A stretch of 64,000 nt of DNA from the human T2T-CHM13v2.0 reference genome, Homo sapiens (GCF_009914755.1 NC_060944.1), one strand, 5' to 3'. Shown: positions 42,180 to 59,106, numbered from the stretch's first letter. Notes: generated by a model from the sequence alone, not told the origin. Made by a program: numbers and translations.

Positions 42180-43094
42180 GGGGGAGGAGCCAAGATGGCC
42201 GAATAGGAACAGCTCTGGTCTACAGCTCCCAGCGTGAGCGACGCAGAAGACGGTGATTTCTGCATTTCCATCTGAGGTACCGGGTTCATCTCACTAGGGA
42301 GTGCCAGACAGTGGGCGCAGGTCAGTGGGTGCGCGCACCATGCGCGAGCCGAAGCAGGGCGAGGCATTGCCTCACTTGGGAAGCGCAAGGGGTCAGGGAG
42401 TTCCCTTTCCGAGTCAAAGAAAGGGGTGACGGACGGCACCTGGAAAATCGGGTCACTCCCACCCGAATACTGCGCATTTCCGACGGGCTTAAAAAACGGC
42501 GAACCACGAGATTATATCCCACACCTGGCTTGGAGGGTCCTACGCCCACGGAGTCTCGCTGATTGCTAGCACAGCAGTCTGAGATCAAACTGCAAGGTGG
42601 CAGCGAGGCTGGGGGAGGGGCACCCGCCATTGCCCAGGCTTGCTTAGATAAACAAAGCAGCCCGGAAGCTCGAACTGGGTGAACTGGGCGGAGCCCACCA
42701 CAGCACAAGGAGGCCTGCCTGCCTCTGTAGGCTCCACCTCTGGGGGCAGGGCACAGACAAACAAAAAGACAGCAGTAACCTCTGCAGACTTAAATGTCCC
42801 TGTCTGACAGCTTTGAAGAGAGCAGTGGTTCTGCCAGCACGCAGCTGGAGATCTGAGAACCTGCAGACTGCCTCCTCAAGTGGGTCCCTGACCCCTGACC
42901 CCCGAGCAGCCTAACTGGGAGGCACCCCCCAGCAGGGGCACACTGACACCTCACAAGGCAGGGTATTCCAACAGACCTGCAGCTGAGGGTCCTATCTGTT
43001 AGAAGGAAAACTAACAAACAGAAAGGACATCCACACCGAAAACCCATCTGTACATCACCATCATCAAAGACCAAAAGTAGATAAAACCACAAAG
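42180..43094 (+). promoter_or_regulatory. L1 5'UTR: CpG-rich internal sense promoter plus antisense promoter (ASP) pointing in PTPRT sense
   Basis: The YY1 site CAAGATGGCC (42191-42200) is intact and many CpGs are retained. There is a small 9-bp duplication GAACTGGGY at 42672-42689. The ASP location is established knowledge for L1PA 5'UTRs. Confidence 0.85.
42322..42630 (-). CDS. L1 ORF0 (antisense ORF), open, 102 aa here, with splice donors SD1 (42525/42524) and SD2 (42440/42439)
   Basis: MAGAPPPASLPPCSLISDCCASNQRDSVGVGPSKPGVGYNLVVRRFLSPSEMRSIRVGVTRFSR... lies inside ORF-track entry 42322..42708. Donors CCAG|GTGTGG and CCAG|GTGCCG fall after ORF nt 106 and 191. Confidence 0.85.
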   Translation of the reverse strand: MAGAPPPASLPPCSLISDCCASNQRDSVGVGPSKPGVGYNLVVRRFLSPSEMRSIRVGVTRFSRCRPSPLSLTRKGNSLTPCASQVRQCLALLRLAHGARTH

Positions 43095-44111
43095 ATGGGG
43101 AAAAAACAGAACAGAAAAACTGGAAATTCTAAAACGCAGAGCGCCTCTCCTCCTCCAAAGGAACACAGTTCGTCACCAGCAACGGAACAAAGCTGGATGG
43201 AGAATGACTTTGACGAGCTGAGAGAAGAAGGCTTCAGACGATCAAATTACTCTGAGCTACAGGAGGACATTCAAACCAAAGGCAAAGAAGTTGAAAACTT
43301 TGAAAAAAATTTAGAAGAATGTATAACTAGAATAACCAATACAGAGAAGTGCTTAAAGGAGCTGATGGAGCTGAAAACCAAGGCTCGAGAACTACGTGAA
43401 GAATGCAGAAGCCTCAGGAGCCGATGCGATCAACTGGAAGAAAGGGTATCAGCAATGGAAGATGAAATGAATGAAATGAAGCGAGAAGGGAAGTTTAGAG
43501 AAAAAAGAATAAAAAGAAATGAGCAAAGCCTCCAAGAAATATGGGACTATGTGAAAAGACCAAATCTACGTCTGATTGGTGTACCTGAAAGTGATGGGGA
43601 GAATGGAACCAAGTTGGAAAACACTCTGCAGGGTATTATCCAGGAGAACTTCCCCAATCTAGCAAGGCAGGCCAACGTTCAGATTCAGGAAATACAGAGA
43701 ACGCCACAAAGATACTCCTCGAGAAGAGCAACTCCAAGACACATAATTGTCAGATTCACCAAAGTTGAAATGAAGGAAAAAATGTTAAGGGCAGCCAGAG
43801 AGAAAGGTCGGGTTACCCTCAAAGGGAAGCCCATCAGACTAACAGCGGATCTCTCGGCAGAAACCCTACAAGCCAGAAGAGAGTGGGGGCCAATATTCAA
43901 CATTCTTAAAGAAAAGAATTTTCAACCCAGAATTTCATATCCAGCCAAACTCAGCTTCATAAGTGAAGGAGAAATAAAATACTTTACAGACAAGCAAATG
44001 CTGAGAGATTTTGTCACCACCAGGCCTGCCCTAAAAGAGCTCCTGAAGGAAGCGCTAAACATGGAAAGGAGCAACCGGTACCAGCCGCTGCAAAATCATG
44101 CCAAAATGTAA
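43095..44111 (+). CDS. L1 ORF1p (RNA-binding chaperone), intact 338 aa
   Basis: MGKKQNRKTGNSK...NHAKM at full length, with REKG, ARR and YPAKLS motifs retained. Confidence 0.96.
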   Translation: MGKKQNRKTGNSKTQSASPPPKEHSSSPATEQSWMENDFDELREEGFRRSNYSELQEDIQTKGKEVENFEKNLEECITRITNTEKCLKELMELKTKARELREECRSLRSRCDQLEERVSAMEDEMNEMKREGKFREKRIKRNEQSLQEIWDYVKRPNLRLIGVPESDGENGTKLENTLQGIIQENFPNLARQANVQIQEIQRTPQRYSSRRATPRHIIVRFTKVEMKEKMLRAAREKGRVTLKGKPIRLTADLSAETLQARREWGPIFNILKEKNFQPRISYPAKLSFISEGEIKYFTDKQMLRDFVTTRPALKELLKEALNMERSNRYQPLQNHAKM

Positions 44112-44174
44112 AGACCATCGAGACTAGGAAGAAACTGCATCAACTAACGAGCAAAATCACCAGCTAACGTCATA

Positions 44175-48002
<3,828 letters not shown>

Positions 48003-48242
48003 ACAATGAGATCACATGGACACAGGAAGGGGAATATCACACTCTGGGAACTGTTGTGGGGTGGGGGGAGGGGGGAGGGATAGCATTGGGAGATATACCT
48101 AATGCTAGATGACGAGTTAGTGGGTGCAGTGCACCAGCATGGCACATGTATACATATGTAACATGTAACTAACCTGCACAATGTGCACATGTACCCTAAA
48201 ACTTAAAGTATAAAAAAAAAAAAAAGACAAAAAAAAAAAAAA

Positions 48243-48346
48243 GAGTTCAATGTGTTGGGAAGTCACAAAGTATAAGTACCATGCTAGTGCTAGGAAAATA
48301 AAGATGACCCAATTAGTCTTTTTTCTCAAAAAAAAAAAAAAAAAAA
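48243..48346 (+). other. L1 3' transduction (85 bp) plus second poly(A)
   Basis: Non-L1 sequence 48243-48327 sits between two poly(A) tracts and inside the TSD pair. AATAAA is at 48297-48302. Confidence 0.92.
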
Positions 48347-48419
48347 AAGAATCAATAGTGTAAATAGGGATATGGATGTGTGCAGCATTTAAAGGAGAAT
48401 GCACTGTTTTCCCTCGTAT

Positions 48420-48680
48420 CAGGAGGCAGGACTGCATAGCAGTTAATATACTGGCTTTGGTGCCAGACAGCCTGGCATCAAAATCTGGCTCCATGTCAGA
48501 CTAGCTGTGCAAGCTCTTGCAAGTTACTGAGCCCTCTGCATGCCAGTTTCCTCCTGCCTGTAAAACACGGATTAGAGTAGTACTTCCCCCGTCAGACTGT
48601 TGGGAGGATTGAATGGTATGTTGCTGGTAAACCACTTTGCCCAGGGTATGCACACAGTAAGCACTCAATAAATGCTCTCT
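48420..48680 (+). mobile_element. MIR
   Basis: GGCTTTGGTGCCAGACAGCCTGG..GCAAGTTACT..CAGTAAGCACTCAATAAATG. Confidence 0.85.
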
Positions 48681-48816
48681 GGTATGATCATATTTTAAAT
48701 ACAAAAAAATCCATGTTAGTTTAAATAACCTCATTATTTATTAAATATGAATACTTTGAAGTGGATGCCCTGGATAATGACTTTTCTTTAAAAACCTCCA
48801 TTGATGCAGTCTAGAG

Positions 48817-48972
48817 CCATGCTTTTCAGCTTTGGCTGAGCACATCATTTGGGGAGCTTTAAAAATTACCAGTGAGATTCTAATTTAATTGGTCTGGGGT
48901 GCAGCCTGGGCATCTGGGCATTCAGAAGCTTTCCAGGTGATTATAGTGTGCCACTAAGCTTGAGCACCACCG
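48817..48972. mobile_element. MER5B
   Basis: GGGGAGCTTTAAAAAT..GATTCTAATTTAATTGGTCTGGGGT..CCAGGTGATT. Confidence 0.8.
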
Positions 48973-48980
48973 ATGCGGAA

Positions 48981-49150
48981 CAGCTGTTCTCCAAGTGTGG
49001 TTTCCCTGGACCAGCAGCATCCGCTTCACCTGGGGATGTATTAGCAACGCAAGTTCACCGGCCCTGCCCTGACCTACTGAATCAGAAACTCTAGGTGATC
49101 AATAAGCCCTCCAAGCAATTCTACTGCATGCCAAAGTTTGAGAACCACCG
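48981..49150. mobile_element. MER5A
   Basis: GGACCAGCAGCATC..GACCTACTGAATCAGAAACTCT..AAGTTTGAGAACCAC. Confidence 0.85.
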
Positions 49151-49173
49151 AAGTAGGTGGGCCCACTCTTCAG

Positions 49174-49236
49174 CAGTTTCACATCATTAAAAGTTGTAGA
49201 ATCTTGGATTCTCTGGCTGGAAAGGCCCTCCCAGTC
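49174..49236 (+). repeat. 63-bp exact direct copy of 51651-51713
   Basis: CAGTTTCACATCATTAAAAGTTGTAGAATCTTGGATTCTCTGGCTGGAAAGGCCCTCCCAGTC is identical at both sites. Confidence 0.97.
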
Positions 49237-49426
49237 TGAATTAGTAAAGTTTCATTCTTGAAAATGGAACACTAGAAGGTAAGAGACCCGGGTGCCGGGT
49301 CCAGATCTCCAGATATCTCATTGAGTTGCCGTGAACACTCCCTTTCCCCTCTCTGTGTATTGATTTCACTATAGTGGGGGAGTTGGCATCTAAGAATCAT
49401 GGCAACAACTGATGCTTTTAAAATGA

Positions 49427-49891
49427 TTGTTATGGATTGAACTGTGTTCCACTCACCCACTCTCTGGCCGCAAAAGATATGTTGAAGTCCTAATCCATAG
49501 TACCTGTCAATGTTACCTTATTTGGAAATAGGGTCTTTGCAGACGTAACGAAGTTAAAATGAGGTCACTAGGGTGGCTCTGATTCCCAGATGACTGATGT
49601 CCTTACAAGGAGAGGGAAATTTGGACAGAAGTGCACTGGAAGAATGCCACATGACAACAAAGGTGGCGATGGGAGTGATGAGCCATAAGCCAAGGAGCAC
49701 GGAGGACTGGTGGGCACCACCAGCTGCCAGGAAGAGGCATGGCACCATTCTATTTAGAGTCTCAGAGGGAGCCTGACCCCTCCAACACCTTGATTTTGGA
49801 TTTATAGCTTCTAAAATTATGAGAGGACAAATTTTGGTTAAGTCATCTAGTTTGTGAGACATTGGTACAGTAGCCTGAGGAAACTAATAAA
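49427..49891 (+). mobile_element. MLT1C-like solo LTR
   Basis: TGTTATGGATTGAACTGTG..TATTTGGAAATAGGGTCTTTGCAGA..GGAAACTAATA; near-TSD ATGAT/ATGAC. Confidence 0.85.
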
Positions 49892-49929
49892 ATGACCATA
49901 ATTCCTAAATTGATGTTATTTGTTTAATA

Positions 49930-50150
49930 AACATTATAGAGTACTTATTGAATACCAGCCACTATTCAAGGCCTTTATAAACAGGGTATTAAGTTCCTTA
50001 ATTCTGCTACAACACCGTGAGGCCAGGAGTATTATTAGTTCCATTTTACAGATAAAAGAATTGAGGCAGAGAGAGTTGAAGTAACCCATGGAAAGCCACC
50101 CAGGCTTTCAGAGGCAGAGCTAGGATTCAAACCCTCCAGTCAGGCTTCTA
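49930..50150 (-). mobile_element. MIR
   Basis: CCATTTTACAGATAAAAGAATTGAGGCAGAGAGAGTTGAAGTAAC..GGATTCAAACCC. Confidence 0.8.
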
Positions 50151-50809
50151 AATGTTCTCTAAGATTCCCTGTTATGTCACGCTTAGGCAAAAAGCCATCA
50201 CATATCTCCCCTTGTCCTAAAGCTTTCTCAGCTGTCTCCCTTTCTCCCCAGGCAAACACACACTCACACATATGCACATACATGCATAGACAGCTGCGGC
50301 CAGAAAACTCACTCACAACCACTCATGTCCTGCAGGCAATGAGCATCCTGTCTGCTCACTGCCTCTGTTGGGTACCAATTCTGGGGCATAGCTGGTGGGT
50401 CCTTTCCCTCCTGCCCCATCACCCTCATCTAGGGCTTGTGAATCCCCCAGCATGGCAAAGTTACAGAAGCAACAGCAGCAGCAACAGCAGCAGCAACAGA
50501 CGTCATGACAATTTGAAAGGCCAAAGGACTTGGTCTTCTACTTCCATTGCTTTGCTATCTTGCTGTCCATATCTGTGCCTCTATCTGTCTATCTCTGCTT
50601 CTTTATTCTGCCTGTGACTACCTCTCTGGCCTGGATGGGCTCTCCTACCAATCACACTCTTTCCACTTAGGCAATAGTCAGACCCTGTTGGACCATTCTC
50701 TGCACCCAGCAGTGAAATCAGAGCAGCAGAAAGCCCGAAACACAGGTGAGGCCCTCCTCCCTCTGGGTACATGGCCATACTGGCCCCTGGGCCCTAAAGC
50801 AGAGCCTAG

Positions 50810-51060
50810 GAATAGCACTGACTTTGGAGCCACACTGCCTAGACTGAAATCCTGGCTCCATGATTTATTAGATGTATAGTCTTGGGCAATTGCTAAACCT
50901 CCCTATAACTCAGTTTTCTCTTCTGTCAAATAGGGATAATTATAATGAATTCTCTTAGCAATGCTTTGAGGTAGATACTAACTTATAATTATGAAAGTAC
51001 TTAACTGGGATCTGTCACCTACCAAATAAGCTCTACATAAGCATTTGTTACATAATAGGT
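50810..51060 (+). mobile_element. MIR
   Basis: ACTTTGGAGCCACACTGCCT..CTTGGGCAA..CTCAGTTTTCTC. Confidence 0.75.
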
Positions 51061-52804
51061 GATAAGAAAGAAAAAAGTGCTTCAAAGCAGAGTGTGACCA
51101 GAATTCATGGTTCAGACAATGGGAGCTTCCCTGAATGAATGCTGTCTGAGCTCTGAACCCCTGGGTTGGGGAGATGGCCCCTCTGTTCTTGGTGTTGCAG
51201 AAATACCATGGGCTCTGGCCCTGGACTGACTTGGCTCCTAACAGTGGTGTAATCATGATCAGGTCTCCATTTCTGTGACTCTGTGAGACTCAATTTCCTC
51301 GTCTATAGAATAGAATTTAATATACCCTAATTTGCAGAGTTACTGTGATGATGAGAAATGATAAATGATGACAGTTCCCTAGCATGGTCTTTGGCATATA
51401 AAGATATGCAACAAATGCTAGTTCTTTTTTATCCTCCTTCCTTGCCCCAGCAATCCGCATGACTTTTTCCTTGCTTTCATTTTTAATTTTATGTTTGATC
51501 TGCTTCCCAAGATGAGCACTCTAGGGAACCAAGGTGACTAATCTTTCCTCCCTGTAGTTTCATCTTGCTCTATCCATATCCTGCTCATACGACCCGAAAC
51601 CAAACCAGCCAGTGGGGCAGATGCTCTTCCCCTATTCATGCGTTGACCTTCAGTTTCACATCATTAAAAGTTGTAGAATCTTGGATTCTCTGGCTGGAAA
51701 GGCCCTCCCAGTCATTTTCCCACCCTAGCTAGGAGACTCCTTGCAGCATCCCCAGCCAGTGGGTATCCAGCCCCCGACTGCTGAATTCCAGCAACCCAAA
51801 CTCATCACCTCTGTGGGCAGCTCTTTAACAGACTGCAGCTCCCTATATAGGGCCATTCCTTGCTGAGCTGAGGCTGAGCTGAACTCTGTCTCCTGAAGGC
51901 CTCACCCTTTAGATGCTCCTCCTCGGTCTGTCTGCTATATCCCAACAAAGCCTGTATGTGGATAGATGATGACCATGAATTCTTCAAGCTTTATCCCAAG
52001 CAACCGCTTCCAAGCAGCGTCTCCTGGTTGCTGAGGCTTTATGGCTATTTCCCTACAGCTGAGTGAACCTCCTTCTCCGTTCCACACTCACATGCCCACA
52101 TCTCTTCTCAGATCTCAAACCAGGACTCCAGGGTGATCTCCCTCTCACCAGCTCACAACTGCCTCCTCTCACCCTGACCCCATCTTAGACCTTCAGTTGC
52201 CAACTAGAAACATCATCTCCTTCTTGCTGAATGGCTAACTTACAGGGCTATTGCCCTGCTAGACTATAACCACAAGGACAACAACCTTTTTGGCCTTGTT
52301 CACTACCAATTCCCCAGGGCCTTACATAGATTTTGGAACAAGCGGGTATCCTGTAAAGACCTGTTGAATTAACATATTAAGAGATGATCACAAGTCCTTC
52401 AAATCCCATTCAAATCATCACTTCTTTCAGGAAGCCTTTTCTGATCTCTTCGTGATAGGGTAGGCCTTGCTTCTGTTTTGTATCCCAGTCATTTGCCTAT
52501 CTTCTCTCATCACTTTTCATTATAATCAAGGTACAAAATATACATATTTGCGTATTGTATTTGTATTTCCTTTAGCACATAGTTTAGCACTTCCCACAAT
52601 GTTGTAAAAGCTTTAAACATGTTTATGGAATGAATGAATAAATTGAGTGACACTTTCCATTCCTTTATTGTTGCATCGTCCCATATTTGAGCTTCCCCGT
52701 GTCTACGACTTGACCCTTTTCATCAATTTCTGCACCAAATTTCTGTATTTAAGCAGGGTCCTACTTACTATTCTACAAGTTGGCTTTCTTCTGCAGGTAG
52801 TGCA

Positions 52805-52968
52805 TGGCAATGATTCTCAGACTTGAGTGTGCATCAGAATCACCTTGTTAAGCAGGCATTGTTGGTCTCCATCACCAGTTTCTGATTTGGTAAATCAGGG
52901 GTGAGTGCAAAAACTTTTCATTTCCGAGTTCCTAGGAGACGCTAGGTTCTATATTTTGAGAACTACTG
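52805..52968. mobile_element. MER5A-like
   Basis: GATTCTCAGACTTGAGTGTGCATCAGAATCACCT..TTTGAGAACTACTG. Confidence 0.75.
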
Positions 52969-53059
52969 GTCTATGGAATGCCATCTTCTGCCCCAGAGGG
53001 GATCACATACCATTTATCTTCCAACTTTTCTTCATCAGTCACCTCAAACATTACATCCA

Positions 53060-53340
53060 GGCCAGGCGCAGTGGCTCATGCCTGTAATCCCAGCATTTTA
53101 GGAGGCTGAGGCAGGTGGATCACCTGAGGACAGGAGTTCGAGACCAGCCTGGCCAACATGGCGAAATCCCGTCTCTACTAAAATACAAAAATTAGCCCGG
53201 TGTGGTGACACACGCCTGAAGTCCCAGCTACTGGGGAGGCTGAGGCAGGAGAATCACTTGAACCTGAGAGGCGGGGAGGTTGGAGTGAGCCGAGATCACA
53301 CCAATGCACTCCAGCCTGGGGGATAGAGTGAGACTCTCAA

Positions 53341-53395
<55 letters not shown>
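53060..53395 (+). mobile_element. AluS with (CA)n tail
   Basis: Dimer 53060-53340, (CA)n to 53395, TSD AACATTAC(A/G)TCCA. Confidence 0.94.
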
Positions 53396-53398
<3 letters not shown>

Positions 53399-53566
53399 CA
53401 TTACGTCCATCCCCCACTCCACCCCAAAACTGTAGATGGGCATAAGACCATCTATCCTTTAATCCACAATTCCCATTTTTCTAGAATTTTATCCTAAGGA
53501 AATAATAAGAAGGAAAATATACATGTATCATGTAGGTACCACTGGAAACACAGCTTCCTCTATGCC

Positions 53567-53793
53567 AGGATTTCTCAACCTCAGCACTGTTGGTATTTTG
53601 GGCCAGATAATTATTTGCTACGTATGTGTTGGGGAGTTACCTAGTGCACTGCGGGATGCTTAGTAGCATCCTCCTTGGTTTCCACCCTCTAGATGCCAGT
53701 AGTTCCCCCTACTCCCAGGCATGTCAATAAAAATGTCTCTAGACATTGCAAAATGGTTTTCTTTTTGGGTAGGCAGAATTGCCCCTACTACTG
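53567..53793. mobile_element. MER20
   Basis: TTTCTCAACCTCAGCACT..TTTTGGGCCAGATAATT..CTAGATGCCAGTAG..AAAAATGTCTCTAGACATTGC. Confidence 0.88.
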
Positions 53794-54044
53794 GCATAGT
53801 TAGGTAAATGTAACAGTTTAACATTTAGCAGATACTACCATGTGCTTAGTATTTTAAACATAGCTCCGATTTTCACAACACTAACAAGGTAGTGATTATT
53901 TCTTTTGTTTTATAGGTGAGGAATTCAGGGCCCAGAAAGGTTAATCCTAAACTCGTAAAACAGGTAAAGGGAACAGGTGGGATTTGAGCCTAGCTCTTCA
54001 GCCTGCTGAGAGCATGCTCTCCTCCTCACCCAACTTGGCTGCCT

Positions 54045-54370
54045 TTCTTTAATAGCAAATGATCGGTTAAAGCCTCGTAAATGTCTAACAATAGGGAACT
54101 GGTTCAGTAAATTATAGTGCATCCCCTGGATGGAATATTATGCAGCCATTAAAATGATGGAGGGCCATTAAAAATGAAAACCATGTAACGACATGGAAAA
54201 ATGCTAACTGGATTACATTAAGTTAAAAAAACTAGAAAATAAAAATGTGTCTACATTGTGATTACAACGATGAAGAAGTATATCTATGTGCGGATGGCTC
54301 ATGTGTTGGATTGAGGATATTAAGGATAATTTTCCTTTCTTCTTTGATATCCATTATTGTTATCAGAGTG
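54045..54370 (+). mobile_element. L1ME-like 3' fragment
   Basis: AAATGTCTAACAATAGGGAACTGGTT...GGAATATTATGCAGCCATTAAAA. Confidence 0.65.
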
Positions 54371-56084
54371 TCTTCATGATCCTAATTTCTAAGTAGTAGC
54401 AGAGTAATGATAAGATTCAAGATGTTAGGTTTGCCCTAGGCCCTTCTTCCACCTGAATTAGAATGAAGACTTCTCTAAACTCTGACTATAGCAAGGGGTT
54501 GATTTACCCTTACTTTCCCTCCTATTAGCACTGTTGCATGTATGTTTGTGACCCCAGGCCCCTCTCCTTGCACTGACCAGCTTCTCCCAAGCACAGAAAG
54601 CTGGAAGCATAGAAGAAAACAACTCTGAAGGCATTGGTGTGAATCACTCTGGGAGCCAGGGCTATTAGGAACATACAGTCTTAGAGTAGCAGATGGCATC
54701 TGTCTGTCACAGGGTACTGAGCGGTGCACTGTCTCATGCATTATGCATCAAGAGTGGCCTAGCACCCTGGCCCGGCTGTGTGGGACAAGTCTTGCAAAAG
54801 AAACATCTGATGAACTGATCGGGATGTCAAAATGTCATTAAGGATAAATTAATGGATGTGTTACTTTGGCTGTAAGAGGCAGTGCCAGCAAGACAACAGA
54901 CAGCCGGTGGGCTGTTCTCCAGCCCAAGACAGACGGCGTTTGCAATGGAGATTCATGGTCTTTATGCAACGTGAGGTGCTTTGCAGGGAGAAGAATAAAC
55001 AGAAATGCTCCAGCACTTAAGCGCCATAAAATCACAAGCATGAGATTAATTAATTAGTGTACACTAGGAAGGCGGCTGGTCTGTCTGCGCTCCTGGGGAA
55101 AGCTAGAATGGATGGCACTGGGTTAGAGATGACGGGTCCCTGCACCAGCCTCCTAAAGAAAAGCAATTGAATTTAATGTGCAATCATAAACTGCCGCTGA
55201 TGGAAAGATAAGTCTGGTCGGTGTTTGTTTTTTCAGGGATACTATTTCTGCCTACTGCTTCAAACACTTTGTGTCTGTGGGTCAAGTATCTGAGAGGACT
55301 GGGGAGACCTGGAAACTAGTTCTGCTTATAACGCCATGTGGGCTATGAAGGGTGTTATAATCTCAACACATAGAGCAACTCTCAGGGAAGCCTGACTCCC
55401 CCTGCGCCTTTCTAGATAGGGGGTTGTCCATTCTTCTGTGATAGGAGGCTCACCACTTCCCTTTCAACCTGACCCAGTGTTAGATAAGCATTGTTAGAGA
55501 GTTCTTCCTTAGACTTCCCTAGCCTCTTCCTCCTTATAACTTAACAACAACAAAGACAAGAAGGAGAATAGCTAATGCTTACTGAGTGCTTGCTGGGTGC
55601 CAGGCACTGGGCTCTGGTCAAGTTACAATGTTATCATGTATTATCTCCATTTTGCAGTGTAGGAAAAAGAAGACCAGAGGGTGTGAAAGACATGCTGAAG
55701 ATCGCACAGCTAGTATATGGTAGGGCCAAGATCCAAACCCGGGGCTGCCTGAGGCCAGGGCTTGACAGCTTAACTATCACATGGTTCTAAGTCCTGTAAC
55801 TACCATTAATTGGATGGAGCCTGGCTTTTAGAGCAATACAGAATATGACAAGGCAAGACAGATGAGAACTCACATGTAGCACATATTGGGCACTGCTAAG
55901 CACCTGGCCTGGGTCAGCCTAACACATCGTTCATGCAGTAGCCTTTTTTGAGTAACGAAATTATTTCCCCATCTGAGATATCTATTTTCTTATCTTTTTA
56001 AAAAAGTTATATATATATATATTTTTCAACATATAAAAATCGGTTTCACTTCTGTGTATTTATAATGAACAATTAGAATCTGAA

Positions 56085-56355
56085 TTTTCATAAATAGTAC
56101 AATTTACAGTAGCACCCAAAAAAGAAACATTCAGATATAAATCCACCAAAATACACATGGGACCTACATGACAAAAACTATAAAATGGTGATGAAAGAAA
56201 TCAAAGAAGATCGAATCAAACAAAGAGACATACATGTTCCTAAGCTGGAAGACTCAGTATTGTTAAGAGGTCATTTCTCACCAAATTGATCTACAGATTC
56301 AATGCAAACCCAGTCGAAACTCAGCAGGATATTAACAAGCTTGCGGATATCAACA
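56085..56355 (+). mobile_element. Old L1M ORF2 fragment
   Basis: AACTATAAAA..TGATGAAAGAAATCAAAGAAGA..GGAAGACTCA.TATTGTTAAG..AAATTGATCTACAGATTCAATGCAA. Confidence 0.75.
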
Positions 56356-56399
56356 AGCTAAAATGCCATTGTACATTTATTTCCAAAAAAGAACAGGGA

Positions 56400-56540
56400 G
56401 GCAGGTCGTGATGGGTCATGCCTGTAATCCCAGCACTTTGGGAAGCTGAGGCAGGACTGTTTGAAGCCAGGAGTTCAAGACCAGCCTGGGCAACATAGTG
56501 ACACCCTCTCTACAAAAAAATAAAATAATAAAAATAAAAC
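56400..56540 (+). mobile_element. FLAM / Alu left monomer
   Basis: Single monomer ending in an (AAAAT)n tail. Confidence 0.8.
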
Positions 56541-56964
56541 ACATTAATAAAAAGAAAGAATGGGGAAAAAGCCTCTAAACCGCACATGTCCAGAAAATAT
56601 AACATGAAACATTGTTATGTATAAATATCATAATCACTTAGGTACATTGTTTAAATAAAGTTTTTTATGTATGTCTGCTATAACTAAATTGGAATAAAAT
56701 TCTCTCCAAGGTACAACCCTTTTTATAGGATACTATAAACAAAAACGTTAAGAGACAAAAATTTACTCAATGAAGTTTAAGCAGGACTCAAGAGGCCAAT
56801 TTAAAAAACAATGAACGTGACCCCAACCGTATCCTCTCTTTAATCTTGGTCCTATTTCTCCAATGTAGATGATAAATTTCATACCAATTGTGAAACAACG
56901 AATGATCTTGCTCCTGTTTTAGGGACAGTGAGTATATTTAAAGAAATGATACAGTTGGTAGAGT

Positions 56965-57969
<1,005 letters not shown>

Positions 57970-58295
57970 GTTGGTTTTCATCTTTTCTATTGTAATTTAG
58001 AGCAAAGGGTAAGGGCTAGCTTTGGACCCTTTCATTGCATCTTTCCCCTGCACTCAGACCTGTAAAGTGCTTCTCTCTGGGGCAGGGGCTGTAATACTTA
58101 CCAGCCTCTTTCAGAATCCCTGCCACAGCCACCCTCAATTCATGATGAGAACACAGCACTAGTAATTAGCACATCTTTGTTCCACGGGTTTCTTCCTTCA
58201 TATGACCTGTGCCCCTGCTCAGTGTGGTGAGACTTCATTTCCTTACATTTAAAATATTTCCTCATTGGAGTGACTCAAAGATTTCATGAGATACC

Positions 58296-59106
58296 TGTGG
58301 TGTCATGCAATATATAGATTGGATTTGTCCACTCTGCCTGGTTTATAACTCCCATATTCCTTGTTACAGTCTTTTGCTATAATGTTGGGTGTGTTAGGGC
58401 CCAGGGGAAGGCCTCAGGTGATACACCCTCTCTCCTTCCTTCCTTTCACTTGCCCCAAGGCAGGACTCTCATCTTCCCCTGTCTTTCTGATTGTGGGTCT
58501 TAAGACCTTCCTCTGAGAGGGTCCCACCTCATACCCAGGGGGAGGAATGCTGATTTTATGAAGCTCCCCTAAGAACCTATGAGGGCTGCGTTTGGAGAGA
58601 GAGCTTCCAGATAGCTGAACGCGTGGAGGTTCCTGGATGGTGGTGCCCCGGGGAGGTTATGGAAGCTCCATACCTCTTCCCCCAAACCCCACCCTATGTG
58701 TCTCTTCATCAGTATTATTTGTAATATGCTTTATAATAGACCATTAAACATGTTTCCCCGAGTTCTGTGAGCTGCTCTAGCAGCTCTAGCAAATTAGTTG
58801 AACCCAAAGAAGGGGTTGTGGGAACCCCAACTTGAAGCCTGTTGGACAGAAATTTCAGAGGCCCAGGCTTGTGACTGGTGTCTTGGGGAATGGGGAACAG
58901 TCATGGGGACTGAGCCCCTAACCTGTGGGATCTGACACTATCTCCAGGTAGGAACTGAATTGTAGGACACCCAGCTGGTGTCCGCTGCTTGATGTGTGGG
59001 GAAAACATCCCATACATTTGGTCACAGAAATTCTCTTCCATGTTGATGACTGTGGTAGTGTGAGAGTAGAGAAAAAATGCAGTGTGAGAGAGTTTTTCTT
59101 GACACA
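58296..59106. mobile_element. MER21-family LTR
   Basis: GAGCTTCCAGATAGCTGAAC..GAGTTCTGTGAGCTGCTCTAGC..GGGACTGAGCCC..ACCTGTGGGATCTGACACTATCTCCAGGTAG. Confidence 0.85.

Noticed and set aside
50466-50498. Short CAG/CAA run
   Set aside because: Short, interrupted and intronic.
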